A stretch of DNA of 64,000 bases from Lingula anatina (Eukaryota > Animalia > Brachiopoda). Where the stretch lies: contig CM120645.1 of assembly GCA_051362555.1 (NCBI GenBank), positions 11,780,001 to 11,844,000 of the forward strand, read 5' to 3'. Position numbers and translations under genes: made by a program. Shown here piece by piece: positions 1-11,941 of this stretch; within the stretch, counting starts at the first letter, position 1; the number at the start of each line of letters is the position of its first letter. Under the pieces are notes generated by a model, which had not been told where the DNA came from, did no database searches, and was given only the letters and a program-made list of their open reading frames with translations.

Positions 1-190
1 GCGATTTTAAGTAATTACTTCATCAATACACACTGACTTTTTTTCGTCATAACTCTCTCTGGAATTGTAATCCTCCGTGTTTTGCTATATATTACAGGTA
101 ATCTGTTCATACCTCGATCTGTTGGCATACTAGTCATCAAATTCACTATTTTTATCGGTCAAACCAGCCACTACTACATACATACATATG

Positions 191-877
191 TTTATGTCTC
201 CTCCATCTCAGTGTACCACAAACTTTTATAGTCTCATTCATAGCAAGAAAGAAGGTAACAAGGAATATTGTTTGTTCGTGATTTGGCCAAACCAGGCCGC
301 TTTTATTATATAACCCCTCTATCCTAATCGTTTTAACAATAATAACAATGTAGCAAATTGTTGCCTGTATTAAATGTTATGGCCTTAGGGATAAAAATTA
401 TATATCAAATATTCAATGAGACTCATCATCCTAAAAATTATGATGCGACGAGTCAGCAAAAGTTATTATTTACCAACAATTTTGCACAAATTGAGGCCCC
501 CTTTGTGGGGTTTTCCTTGCCCAGTGCATTTGGGCACCAGTCAAGGTTATGGCCTCTTTGCAACCCCACAAATGAAATTTGTGCAAAATTGTTGGTAAAT
601 AATAACTTTTGCTGACTCGTCGCATCATAATTTTTAGGATGATGAGTCTCATTGAATATTTGATATATAATTTTTATCCCTAAGGCCATAACATTTAATA
701 CAGGCAACAATTTACTACATTGTTATTATTGTTAAAACGATTAGGATAGAGGGGTTATATAATAAAAGCGGCCTGGTTTGGCCAAATCACGAACAAACAA
801 TATTCCTTGTTACCTTCTTTCTTGCTATGAATGAGACTATAAAAGTTTGTGGTACACTGAGATGGAGGAGACATAAA
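191..877. mobile_element. Fold-back/MITE-like element with ~302-bp inverted arms
   Basis: 191-492 is the reverse complement of 576-877, with one mismatch seen (tagcaaa vs tttacta). The 83-bp spacer has its own small inverted repeats. No coding capacity. Confidence 0.7.
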
Positions 878-1287
878 GGAAAGTTTGGCGTAGTCAAACG
901 ACATTTTATGGCGACAACAATCTCCAGAGAGCTTATTTAAGCACATGTGCATTCTGCTCATGCTCAATTGTGCCCTAGAGGGGTAATCTCCTTAGAGGCA
1001 CATGTTGCTACTTATACCATGGTAAAATGAAATTTTTTGAACTGAAGATTTCAGTTGCAGATTTGAGATAACTTGTAGCTTAATTGTATCATGCTCGTGA
1101 ACAGAATGAATCAAGCAAAATGAGGCCAGGCAGTGATGCCCCATGGTATAAGTAGCAACATGTGCCTCTAAGGAGATTACCCCTCTAGGGCACAATTGAG
1201 CATGAGCAGAATGCACATGTGCTTAAATAAGCTCTCTGGAGATTGTTGTCGCCATAAAATGTCGTTTGACTACGCCAAACTTTCCTT
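876..1287. mobile_element. Second fold-back/MITE-like element with 147-bp inverted arms
   Basis: 876-1022 (aaggaaagtttggcgtagtc...taccatgg) is the reverse complement of 1141-1287, around a 118-bp spacer. It abuts the first palindrome. TSD unclear. Confidence 0.7.
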
Positions 1288-3183
1288 ACTGGATGAATAA
1301 AAACGAGTCTTATTTGTCCAACTTCGAGTCATTTCATCCTAAAACACCCCTAAAATCGAATAAAGTGAACCTATATCACGCTCTAGAGATGTTATACGGA
1401 ATAAACTCGTCCACGTGCGCTGGTCACCTCCCGCCAAATTCTTACGTAATGTCTGACCAATTTGGTCAATTTTTGCTAAATACTTGTCGTGGACGTTCAA
1501 CTGGCTTGAAAGGTATTTAATCAACCGTCGACACTGACCATGCGCGTCTCGGCTGAGCCACACCTAGCTGGGACTGCTGCGGAAAAAGGGTTCCAAGGCA
1601 AAACCTCTACTTTTTAGTGACATTTCTGATAAACAAGGAGCGTCGGAATGGAATATATATAATTTTTCACAAGTGCAAAGGAGAAAGAAATTTACTTTTT
1701 GGTGATATTTCTGACAGTTTCGGAATATAGTCAAAATCAAATGGATGTTTATTTCAAGTCCACAGGAGTAATAATTTTACGTTTTGGTGACATTTTTTAC
1801 TACGAGGCGGTTTCGGAATATGCATGTGCTAGTTTTCATAGCATTCATGTGCTACATGTAATTACAAGTTCAAAGGGGGGATATATTTGATTTTTACCGA
1901 TATATCTGATAAAGAGGAAGAATTAACAGCTTAAAAACAAAAGGTAAATAACACAACCCTCGTTAAAAAGTTATAGATTTACAAATAATTTGTCTGCACG
2001 TGTGGCTTAAATGTAAACGAATTCCCGTTTTCAAACCATACCCATATGATATGACATAGTGTAATAAAATTATAAATAATAATTGTTAAACGTGAAAAGT
2101 TTATGCTATTTTTTTAAGAGTGTGAGAGATTTTACATTTTTCTACTAGTAGTTATATAACGCAAGCAACGTAACTATTCTCTTGATGCCAAGAAGGTCGC
2201 ATGATCACTCTGTCTTTGGCTTTCAGCATTTAAGAGACCTCGACTGATTTAACCAAGATGTAGTCGTGGAATTCTAGACTACATCGAGGTTAAATCCGAG
2301 TTTTCCGAGAGACGCTACGCAGAAATGTCGAGTGAAGTGAGATATTTTTGGGTAGCGGCTCGAGGTTGCCTTCGATCTTCACTGAAGCTTGGCTAAATGG
2401 ACAGGCTTCAGTGATCATCATATCGCCACGGTCACATAACATCCCTAGGTATGTATGACAGTAAATAAGGAGCTTTAGGCGAAAGGTGACAATACCCTTA
2501 ATATCTTAACTGTCTATTTATTTATTAACTTTATCAATCTTATTCTGTTCAATTTAGACTATAAAAAAATCATAATAATTTTTTATTATTAAGCATTATT
2601 AATTAAGGCTTTTCTATAGTGTAAGTCATTTCTTGCTTTTTAACACTGCTTTTCGTTTTCACAGTTCTGACATCTAAATGTTTATGTCCAGTTTGTGTCC
2701 TCATAGACAGTTTACAGCTTTATTTTAATGAGTATCTTTTCACAGCACTGACAGTTAAACAGTTTTTCTAAAATAAGAGTCATGATGTAAAGCCCCTATA
2801 AAGACTTATTTTTTGTGGTCGAAAATAAAGATTCTAAATGGTCTCATCAACAATCGCTTTCTAACTTCAAAGATACTTTTTAATTGTTTAACTATAACTA
2901 ACATTTTCCTTCACGTCGTTTTTGTTAAGATGGTGCTCTTTTCTTGGAATTACTAACATTATGTGCTAAGGCAGGATTATTGACATGCTTTACTTAATGA
3001 ATTAAAAGTTCCTGACACCATATACAACCTTGTTATTACAAAAGACTATTTTTCTTTCACACACAATCTGGATCTTACAATGTCTTTTGCAAGTTAGCAA
3101 AATTTAAATTTTGCAGTAATTAAAAAAATACATTTTGATGCAGTAATCAAACAAGATATTGCTGTCTGTTAACTTTTTTGTAG

Positions 3184-3466
3184 CCCGCTCTCTGGCTGAA
3201 GACGGGGTTATGAAGAGGAGTGTCATCAGTGACGTACTTCAAGCCATTTGCGTCACCGTCATGGACTCCGTGATCGGTCTAACGAATAGCGGATGCGCCC
3301 TTCTCTCCTCTTTTGCCGACAGCACATGCGCACAGCTTACTGACCAGTACCTTGGCAACTTCCTCTCTGCTCTGTTCGCTGCCCCTGTTGCATCCATGTG
3401 CAACAAAGAACTGAGCAAAACTTTGCCGGCAGCGTTTGTGGTCAGCTCGCCAACGCCGTTGGTTAG
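3184..3466 (+). pseudogene. Cys-rich prepropeptide family pseudogene (copy A, mature-peptide exon only)
   Basis: Acceptor tag|cccgctctctggctgaagac encodes RSLAEDGVMKR-SVISDVLQAIC.... There is a 33-bp deletion between Cys4 and Cys5 (gtgc microhomology) plus a 1-bp frameshift. No signal exon was found upstream. Confidence 0.8.
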
Positions 3467-3584
3467 ATTACGGGTTTATTGGTGAGAGGATATTATTGGT
3501 AGTTATGGTGCAAAAATAAAGCGTTATCTTCGAATATATGCACATGTCTTTTCTGCTTTCATTAATAGTGGCATCAAATAAAGA

Positions 3585-3625
<41 letters not shown>

Positions 3626-3842
3626 GCACTGCGTCACAGTTAACAGATATAACGCCTTATTTTATTTTGTTGTTGAACTCTTAAGTTAGCATTACACGGG
3701 TGTCCGGTTCTTCGATAAATCCCAAATTGTTAACGATATGAATATCTGAATTTATAAAACAAACTAAGTAATTTTTCCAATTTGTCACTTCATCAGTAAT
3801 TTTGAGAATGCCCCTTATGTTGATAACGACAACCCGAGCAAC

Positions 3843-3976
3843 ACGTGAAGTTAGGGAACCTCAAACCAACGAGGTAAAAATCGTGCCAAGACTGATCCCC
3901 AGCGCGTGGGCATGTGCTCCCCAACCTATATATAGCTAGAACTGGCGGCAAACTACATACTTTTGCGGACTCAGTC
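3843..3976 (+). promoter_or_regulatory. Conserved promoter block with TATA box of the peptide genes
   Basis: acgtgaRgttagg...aaaatcgtgc...gatcccccagcgcgtgggcatgtgct...TATATAGCTAGAACTG recurs upstream of each copy (~3843, 7164, 12163, 18433, 22857, 24793 with TATA deleted, 27845). It is followed by a probable non-coding exon with donor aggttt (4007) and acceptor ...caacag (4209). Confidence 0.7.
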
Positions 3977-4233
3977 AAATACGGTATTCACCAGAACTTT
4001 TTCGAGGTTTGTTGGTGCTTCTTCTTGCAGTAAACAGTGTAATAATGACAACTTATTGCCTTCAATGATTGGAACAAATAACAACGTACAATTTGTATTC
4101 GACTTCTGTGATGACCCACCAAAGTTCTGATTTGTAAAACAAAACAATTTTTTAATTCTAAGGCTGCAAGGATTTTGTTTTTAATCAGCTGTTTTATCTT
4201 TTTCAACAGGTTTGTTCCGCGCATTCTGTTACC

Positions 4234-4607
4234 ATGAAGGTTTTGATCCTAGTTGCTTTGGTTGCCGTTGCAACGGCTAAACCAGCTGAGAACTCCATTG
4301 AGCGTCTTGGTAAGTAGACTTGATTTTTTTATGTTGGTCCTTCGAATGATTTAGTCAATAATTTCAATTTGTTTCGACAATTTTCTCTTGACAATTTAAA
4401 TTATAACTTAAACATGAATCTCCAAATAGCTCTTCAGGTTATGGCTTTCAGACAAACTATCAATTTGGAAAACCGACGCCATTAAATAAAGGAATAGTAT
4501 TTGAAAGTAAGAAAATGTTATATTCATCAATTACTTTCCTCCAACAATTATTCCACTTTTCTTTATATCACAAAAATAAGTGTTTTCTTTCTTTTCAAAA
4601 TGTTCTG

Positions 4608-4640
<33 letters not shown>

Positions 4641-5105
4641 TAATTCATTCCTATTTTCTTTTCATTATAAACTATTTAAATATATACCTGTTTTGTTTTT
4701 AATTTAAACGGATCTGTTGGCAAAGATGAGCTTAAAAGGGTATTTTATGAAATATCATAATGGTTGTATGCTCGCTTTTTTTTTGCAGCCCGCTCTCTGG
4801 CTGAAGATGAGGTTATGAAGAGAGGTGTCCTCAATGACGTACTTCAAGCCATCTGCATCCCCGTCATGGACTCCTTGATCGGTCTGACCAATGTCGGATG
4901 TGACGTAGTGTCTGCCAAGGCCCACAGCAAATGCAAAGAGCTTGCTGAGAAGTACCTTGGCAACTTCCTCTATGGTGTGTTCTCTAAACCTGTTGAATCC
5001 ATGTGCAAAAATTTGGCCGATCTCGTCATCATCGAGTGCGAGAAAGGAACCGTGCAAAACTACGCCAGCGGTGTATGCGCCAAACTTGCCAACTTAATTG
5101 GCTAA
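4234..5105 (+). CDS. Secreted six-Cys prepropeptide, intact copy B (130 aa)
   Basis: Exons 4234-4309 (MKVLILVALVAVATAKPAENSIERL, G|gtaagt) and 4789-5105 (phase 1; ARSLAEDEVMKR/GVLNDVLQAIC...CAKLANLIG*). AATAAA at ~5136. Confidence 0.9.
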
Positions 5106-5737
5106 ATGTACTTTTTGTAAATTTCCTGTGCCAAAAATAAATGTAGGGAAGACAAAAAGAAATATATTGATGATTTGCACAACTTACATATTTATTTTAA
5201 TGCGCGTTGCTAAGTGTGTGTGTTTGTGTGCGCGCACGCATGTGATTGTGTGTGTGAGAGAGATAATTCTTATTTGCTTATCATATATTATTTGTGATCC
5301 GGAAAATATGGGGACGCCATGCATATTATGTTTTGGTGCATACATAAAGCTTATATATCAAGCAATACCATGTTTCCGATTCTCAGATTTACAAAAAATT
5401 AGTAATTTATATTCTTATCATTTATTTTTTCATCATTTAGACCTTACAGTTTGAAATTTTACGTAGAACCTACCGTTGGCAATACCAAAATTATAATGCA
5501 TCGCAGTTGACCCGACAGAATTTTCACAGCCGTGTTCCAACGTTGGTCAGTTGGACAATATGCTGTTAACCCACCGACAACATTAACCGGTGGCAACACG
5601 TAACATACGTTTAATTGGTCAAATAGCTTTTTTTTTACATGTTTCTTTAATGTAAATGTGACGATGGTATTGACTTGATGTTACTGATGACTCGAGGTAA
5701 AAACTAAACAATTTTTTTGTTCCTTCATACATTTTAT

Positions 5738-6054
5738 TAGAGGTTTACCAAACGACGAACAACGAAGACGAAGGACGAATTGACGTCGCTCACACATTAC
5801 TACACCATCGATACACGTCAAATCACGTTTACTGGTAAATGAACATATGTTGCTTCTTATGATTGCCTTCAGGTTGGTTTATCGTAAGTAAAAACGGATG
5901 TAAAATTGTTACAAACTGAACATTTTTTTCTCACGACCTCTATTGTTTTCGTATTCGTTGTTCGGTGTTTGAGAAACGGCAGCTACAACATATGACGTAC
6001 GAACCTTTTTTCCGTACTTCGTCTACGTTCTTTGTCGTTTGCTAAACCTGTCTA
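5738..6054. mobile_element. MITE-like insertion
   Basis: Imperfect TIRs tagaggtttaccaaacgac / gtcgtttgctaaacctgtcta. Absent from the paralogous spacer near 13861-13890. Confidence 0.55.
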
Positions 6055-6925
6055 TTGTCTCTTCCTAACTACGTTATCTACATTTTCTTTTTCTCCCTTC
6101 AACCTCCTACATTGTTTTCCTACAACCTTTTACATCGTTCTCACTCGTTTACATTACATTCTGTACTTAAGTACGACGAGATCATGTCAATCAACTCAAA
6201 TTACTCTACAAAACACTCCCAGCTCTTTATTCACTCGTGGCTGTCAATAACTAACATTACATAAATTACTTATTTAGATATTTGTGCAAAATAAAATTTA
6301 AAAAAATAAACGTTTTTTCAGCATCGTATCGGTCTTAACCGTATCGTATCGTTCCCCTAACCGGGCACGTCTTACTGGAGCCGTGCAAAATTGACAATTA
6401 ATGGAGTATCTTCCCTGTAAGTAGCAGTAGACGTGAACAAACGGAAATATACTTAAGCGTTTTTCCAATGAGTACCGAAACTCATTACGTCTCATAAAAG
6501 ATGTATGAACAATTATTTGGAAAAGAATAATTAAATCGAAAGCAAGAAGTGCTCGCCATTCTGAAAACCAAAGCAAGTAGGCTTATATAGACGCAACATT
6601 GAACCTAAAATTCAGGTTATTAACCCAGTATAATACAGTAGTCCTCCAATTAAACAAATCAATTTTTCTAGAAAACTTTCTAGAAAAAAGAAACTATTTT
6701 CTGGTGCCAGTATGTTCGAACATGACTACAATATTGGTCCAAGAGTGCCGGGAAGAGTGCCGGATTTTGCTGGGGCAAAGGTCAATTTTCCAGTACCCAC
6801 CAATGATTAATGGATCCGTTCTGATATTCAAAGTTACTGTTTCTCGATTATTTTCTTTTTTTAAGTGTTGTTTATTATAATCTCTAAAAAGATTATTACA
6901 GTGTGTGGTCATCTATGCAGTTCAA

Positions 6926-7088
6926 AGATGTGGCCTTCTGTCCTCTTCTGCCGACAGCACCTGCATAAAGCTTGCTGATCAGTACCTTAACAACTTCCTC
7001 TCTGGTTTGTTATCTAACCCTGTTGCATCTTCATGCTCCAAATTGGCACAACTCGCCTTCAACGAGTGCAACTATGAAAATGTGCAAA
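6926..7088 (+). pseudogene. Peptide family fragment (copy C)
   Basis: Encodes CGLLSSSADSTCIKLADQYLNNFLSGLLSNPVASSCSKLAQLAFNECNYENVQ. Both ends are truncated. Confidence 0.8.
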
Positions 7089-7532
7089 TTTTACCAATTA
7101 GTTATTTTATTAATAATTACGTGAATGCTTTGACTCTTATATTGATAAGGACGACACGAACAGTACGTGAGGTTAGGAAATCTCACGCAAACGAGGGCAA
7201 AATCGTGCAAAACCCGATCCCCCAGCGCGTGGGCATGTGCTTGCTGACCCTTTATATAGCTAGAACTGGCGGCACACTGCGCACTTCGGCGGATTTATTC
7301 AACTACAGCATTCATCAGAGCTTTTAAGGTTGGTCTGTGCTTTTTCTTGCAGTGAATAGTATAATTATGACAACTTCTTGCCTTAAATAGTCGGAACCCA
7401 TAGGGACGTTTAATTTGCATTTGGCGTCTCTGATAAGACCTACCAAAATTAATCCTAAGGCAGCAAGGGTTTTGTTTTCAATCAGCTATCATATCATTTA
7501 TCAACAGGTTTGTTCTGCATATTCCGTTTACC

Positions 7533-8357
7533 ATGAAGTTTTTGATCCTAGTTGCTTTGGTTGCCGTGGCAACGGCTAAACCAGCTGAGAACTCCATTGA
7601 GCGTCTTGGTGAGTAGACTTTATTTCTTATGTTGGTCCTTTAAATAATAAAATCAATTATTTCACTTGGTGTCGAAAATTTTCTCCAGATAATTTGAATA
7701 ATTACTTACGAACAAATCACTTAATAGCCATTTGAGATATGGTTCACGGAAAAACTCCCAACTTGGGAAACGACGAGTCTAAATAAAAGAATAGTATTTG
7801 AAAGTCAGAAAAATTGTATTCACCAATCACTTTCCTCACACAATTAACCCACTTGTCTTTGCATTACATAAAGGAAAGTTGTTTTCTTTTTGTTTCCACG
7901 TTCTGGTGTTTTTTTATTCTGTTCCTTATAAACTATTCAGGAATATATCCGTTTTGTTTTTAATTTAAACGTAAATATTAGCAAAAAAAGAACTTATAAA
8001 AAGATAATTTTTTTAGATATGTATGCCTGCTTTTTTGCAGCCCGCTCTCTGGCTGAAGATGAGGTTATGAAGAGAGGTGTCCTCAATGACGTACTTCAAG
8101 CCATCTGCGTCCCTGTCATAGACACCGTGATCGGCCTGACCAATGGTACATGTGCCATAGTGTCCGCTACTGCTGACAGCACCTGCATACAGTTTGCTGA
8201 GAAGTACCTTGGCAGCTTCGTCTCTGGTCTGTTCTCTTCCCCTGTTGCATCCATGTGCCAAAACTTGGCCAAGCTCGTCATCATTGAGTGCGAGAAAGGA
8301 ACCGTGCAAAACTACGCCAGCGGTGTATGCGCCAAACTTGCCAACTCAATCGGCTAA
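7533..8357 (+). CDS. Secreted six-Cys prepropeptide, intact copy D
   Basis: Exons 7533-7608 (MKFLILVALVAVATAKPAENSIERL, gtgagt) and 8041-8357 (...KR/GVLNDVLQAICVPVIDTV...CAKLANSIG*). TATA at ~7253. Confidence 0.9.
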
Positions 8358-8459
8358 ACTTTTTTGTAAATTTCCTGAGCCAAAAATAAGTGGAAGACAA
8401 AAAGAAATATATTGATGATTTGTGCAACTTAAGTTTTTATTTCAATGCGTGTTAATCAA

Positions 8460-8460
<1 letters not shown>

Positions 8461-8515
<55 letters not shown>

Positions 8516-8530
8516 CGAGAGCGAGAGAGA
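8461..8530. repeat. (GT)n(GA)n microsatellite downstream of peptide genes
   Basis: Compound GT/GA tract. Similar tracts follow other copies (3586, 11907, 15663, 18218, 19766, 25487, 27600, 30481). Confidence 0.9.
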
Positions 8531-9062
8531 GGATTTTTTAAAAACTCATTACATATTATTTGTGCTCCGGAAAAATTGAGGAGGTTCTGTTTTGATGCAT
8601 ACGTAAAGGTTAAATATTTCTAGCGATAAAACGTATCTGGTTTTCAGATTAATAATTAAAATTCTTATGATTTATTTTATCGTCATTTGGACGATAAAGT
8701 TTTGGAATTTTACGCAGTATCTACCGTTGGAAATACGAAAATAATAAAACAATATTGCAGGTGCACTGCAGTTGACCCAACAGAATTTTCATTGCCGCGA
8801 ATCAGCGTTGGTCAGCTTGAGAATATGACGATAACGCACGAGCGACAATTACTGGTGGCAAAACGCACCATACGTTTACTCGTTCAAATAGCTTTTTACA
8901 TGTTTCATTTATGTTTTCATAATACTTTTTCAGATATTAGTGCATAAATAATAAATAAATTAATTAATTAATTAATTAATAAATTAATAAATAAATATTT
9001 GTTTTTAGCATCGTATCGGTCTGCGTACCTTAACTCTACGCATGTGTTAAATGTAAAATGAA

Positions 9063-9066
<4 letters not shown>

Positions 9067-9128
<62 letters not shown>
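9067..9128. repeat. (TA)n microsatellite
   Basis: About 31 TA units. Confidence 0.95.
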
Positions 9129-9130
<2 letters not shown>

Positions 9131-10683
9131 TGTACATTACACCTAAATTTAAGTCGTATTAATCCAGTATATTACAGAAGTCCTTCCATTGAACGAATCA
9201 TTGTTCCGGTTATAGAAATTTTTTCAGGAAAAAAAAGAAACGCTTTGCTAGAATCAGTATGTTTGAAGATATCTACAACATTGGTCTAAAAGTTATACCG
9301 ATGACAACTCTTCATTTTGGCGGGAAAGTGCCATAAAACGGATTTTGCTGGGGCAAAGGTCAATTTTTCCATACTTTCCAATGGTAAGTGGATCTGTTGT
9401 GACATTTAAAGTAACTGTTAAAGTAACATTTAAAGTACTTGATTGTTTTTTAAGTGTGCTTTTTTATAATCACTTAAGACATTGTGACAAAGTGTAGCCA
9501 TCTATGAAGTTCGAGGATGTCTGATGGCAAGCGCGGATTCTATAATAATTTCGAGAACTTTTTTTAGATGATAAAGTGGAATAACTTATATTTGTGAAAT
9601 TTTAAAACACATATAAAGAGTTGTTATCCACGTAAGTCCGGGCATAAGTCCTTTTTTAAAAAAGATTACTGAATGGTGTGCGTGCCTGGGCAGTAATAAA
9701 GTAGTCTGTCGACTTGACCTCACCGTGACCTCGCTGAACATGCGGGTAACAACAGCTATCTGATATCAGGGACCTCTAAAATAGTACAATAGGCCTAATA
9801 ATTTTGTTACAGTACTTCAGCGGACCATATGGCCAAGGTGTAGGTAACAGCAGTCTGGTGGTGCGTGAATCCTGTAACCCCAGGTACACTTTTTCATCTT
9901 TGTGAATCAGTTCGTTGTGCACATGCCAAATCGATGAATTCACACCGCCCACAAATGGCCGTTTGGTGGTACGGCACGTAACAACATTTGTACAAAGTCT
10001 GCAAAGCCATGCTGTTGTAGATGGCGCCACCATTCTGATCACCTAAATTGCTTTCTGTGTTCCATTCAACACGTTGCTGTAGATAGGGATCTGCTTTTTT
10101 TCGTATGAAATTTTTTTCACAATGCTGATATCTAAAAGGGTTTTCTTTAGTGAGTGTCCCCTCAGGCTGTTTATAGTTATATTTTAATGAATCTCTCTTC
10201 ATAGTACTGAGAATTAAACTGATTTTCTCAAGTGTGAGTCAGTGGCTGAACCAGCTGAGAATTCCACCCAGCGTCTTGGTAAGTAGACTGAACGTTTTAT
10301 GTTGGTCCTTGAAATAATATAACCGGTTATGACAAATGAAATTAAGGTCCTTTTAAGAATTATTTTAGTGATCGAATAAAAGTAAATAACGATTCTAAAT
10401 GGTGTCATCAATAATCTCTTGTTTTAACTTTAAAGATACCTTATAATTGCAAATAACTCAACTTTTGTTTCCCGTCGTTTTTGTTAAGATAATGCTCTTT
10501 AGTTGTATACTAAGGCATTAATTCAGACCAATTCGACTTAAACAGAATTCATGATGATTCAATTCCATTATCGATCCGCTTAATTCGTTATAAAATCAAA
10601 ATATTCTGTTTCATTCAGACTTGTTCACTGGGCTATTACTACAAATCATCTTGGAATTGCACTTGTAATTTAATGCCTTTAAT

Positions 10684-11082
10684 CAGGGCCGTAGCCTCCG
10701 GGGGGCAAGGGGGGGCAGCTGGCCCGCCCCCTGGCATTTGAGGTGCAAAAGAATAATAATAATCGCAAAGGTGAAAAAAATAATTGCAAAGTTGGTATCA
10801 ATTCTGTGAGAAAATGCACTCATGGCCACTAGACAATCATTCAACAATCTGTTTACAAAGGCGTGTTGTGTTGAAAAAATGACTATACTCATGGCAAAAT
10901 GAACCCACAATTTCTGACTTCTGATCGAGCAATAATTAACAGTTAAAATGCACCAGAATGCAGTATTATACATACAGTTTTTAAAAATTTTCCACACCAA
11001 GGGAGGGGGATCGACACCCCCTCCCACACCCTCCCCCCTCGGGGTCTTCGCCCCCTGGCATTTTGCTCAGGCTACGGCCCTA
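10684..11082. mobile_element. Non-autonomous DNA transposon (CAGGG-ended, 5-bp TSD; hAT-like)
   Basis: TIRs cagggccgtagcct / aggctacggcccta, flanked by ttaat on both sides (10679-83, 11083-87). GC-rich subterminal tracts. Confidence 0.75.
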
Positions 11083-11626
11083 TTAATGAATTTTCACTTT
11101 TCTCGACTTTGAAATATCAAGTATAAAAATGATCGATTCAAATTCATTCAATTTAACTTCCAATGTTGTTATATAATATTATGTGTCCTGAATGTAATTT
11201 GTTTTATTATATAGCTGTGTGAGTTAATGTCTTCAGGATGTATAATGAGTATACTTATATAGTTAGTTTACAGGTCACAAGTCAGTTTGCATAGTGTCAC
11301 GCCAGGTAACTTAATTGAATAAGAGGTCATATCTTTGATTAATAGAAGATCCACCTCAAATGTATTTAGAAATGGTCCTCTGTCTTGGAACGATATCATT
11401 GACCTTGATCCATAATATTAAGTTACCAACCTATTGTCTACTAGAAGTCATTTAGATCTCAATTTGGAAGTCTACTCTATCATATATGTAATTGAAATAA
11501 AGTGGCCACTCCGGCAATCCACCTGGCTGGGAAGCAATTAATATATTGTAATTGTATATGTGAAGGTATATGAAGATAGATATAAATGTGGCGGTCGGTA
11601 GTCAGTAGTCAGCACTTGGAGAGGAC

Positions 11627-11829
11627 ACACCGTCACCAACTCTGTGATCGGTCTGACGAACGCCGACAGCACCTGCATGAAGCTTGCTGATCAGTACCTT
11701 GGAACCTCCCTTCTGGACTGTTCTCTTCCCCTGTTGCAATCATGTTCCAAATTCGCAGTCAACGAGTGCATAAAGGAAACGTGCAAAACTTCGTCGGCAC
11801 CATGTCGACCACCTCGCCAACATCGTTAG
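11627..11829 (+). pseudogene. Peptide family pseudogene (copy E, 5'-truncated, internal deletions)
   Basis: ...tctgtgatcggtctgacgaacgccgacagcacctgcatgaagcttgctgatcagtaccttgg..., with frameshifts and no KR or signal exon attached. Confidence 0.8.
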
Positions 11830-11904
11830 TTAGAATACTTGTTTATTCGTGTGAAGATTTTATTGGTAGTTATTGTGCGAATATAAGCCATTATCTTTGA
11901 ATAC

Positions 11905-11941
<37 letters not shown>

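Noticed and set aside
358-710. Mirror-image 85-aa and 60-aa ORFs on both strands
   Set aside because: By-products of the palindrome; non-ATG starts and no protein features.
4764-4788. ORF-track N-termini such as MYARFFFA, MCAHFFA and MLIFSLIFAHFFA
   Set aside because: These are translated polypyrimidine tracts. The real N-terminus is the upstream signal exon.
5026-5052. IIECEKGT resembling the Aplysia attractin IEECKTS motif
   Set aside because: Too short, and overall Cys spacing and length differ. Not enough to call homology.
4755-5057. Recurrent antisense ORFs (MHGSFLALDDDEIGQ...) at 4755, 8013, 12946, 19395 and others
   Set aside because: Shadows of the sense peptide exon. They recur only because the exon is duplicated.
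9776-10202. Homologous minus-strand ORFs in spacers (also 21400-21636 and 26133-26492)
   Set aside because: Frames are not preserved between copies and no domain is recognisable. Probably co-duplicated spacer or a decayed repeat.
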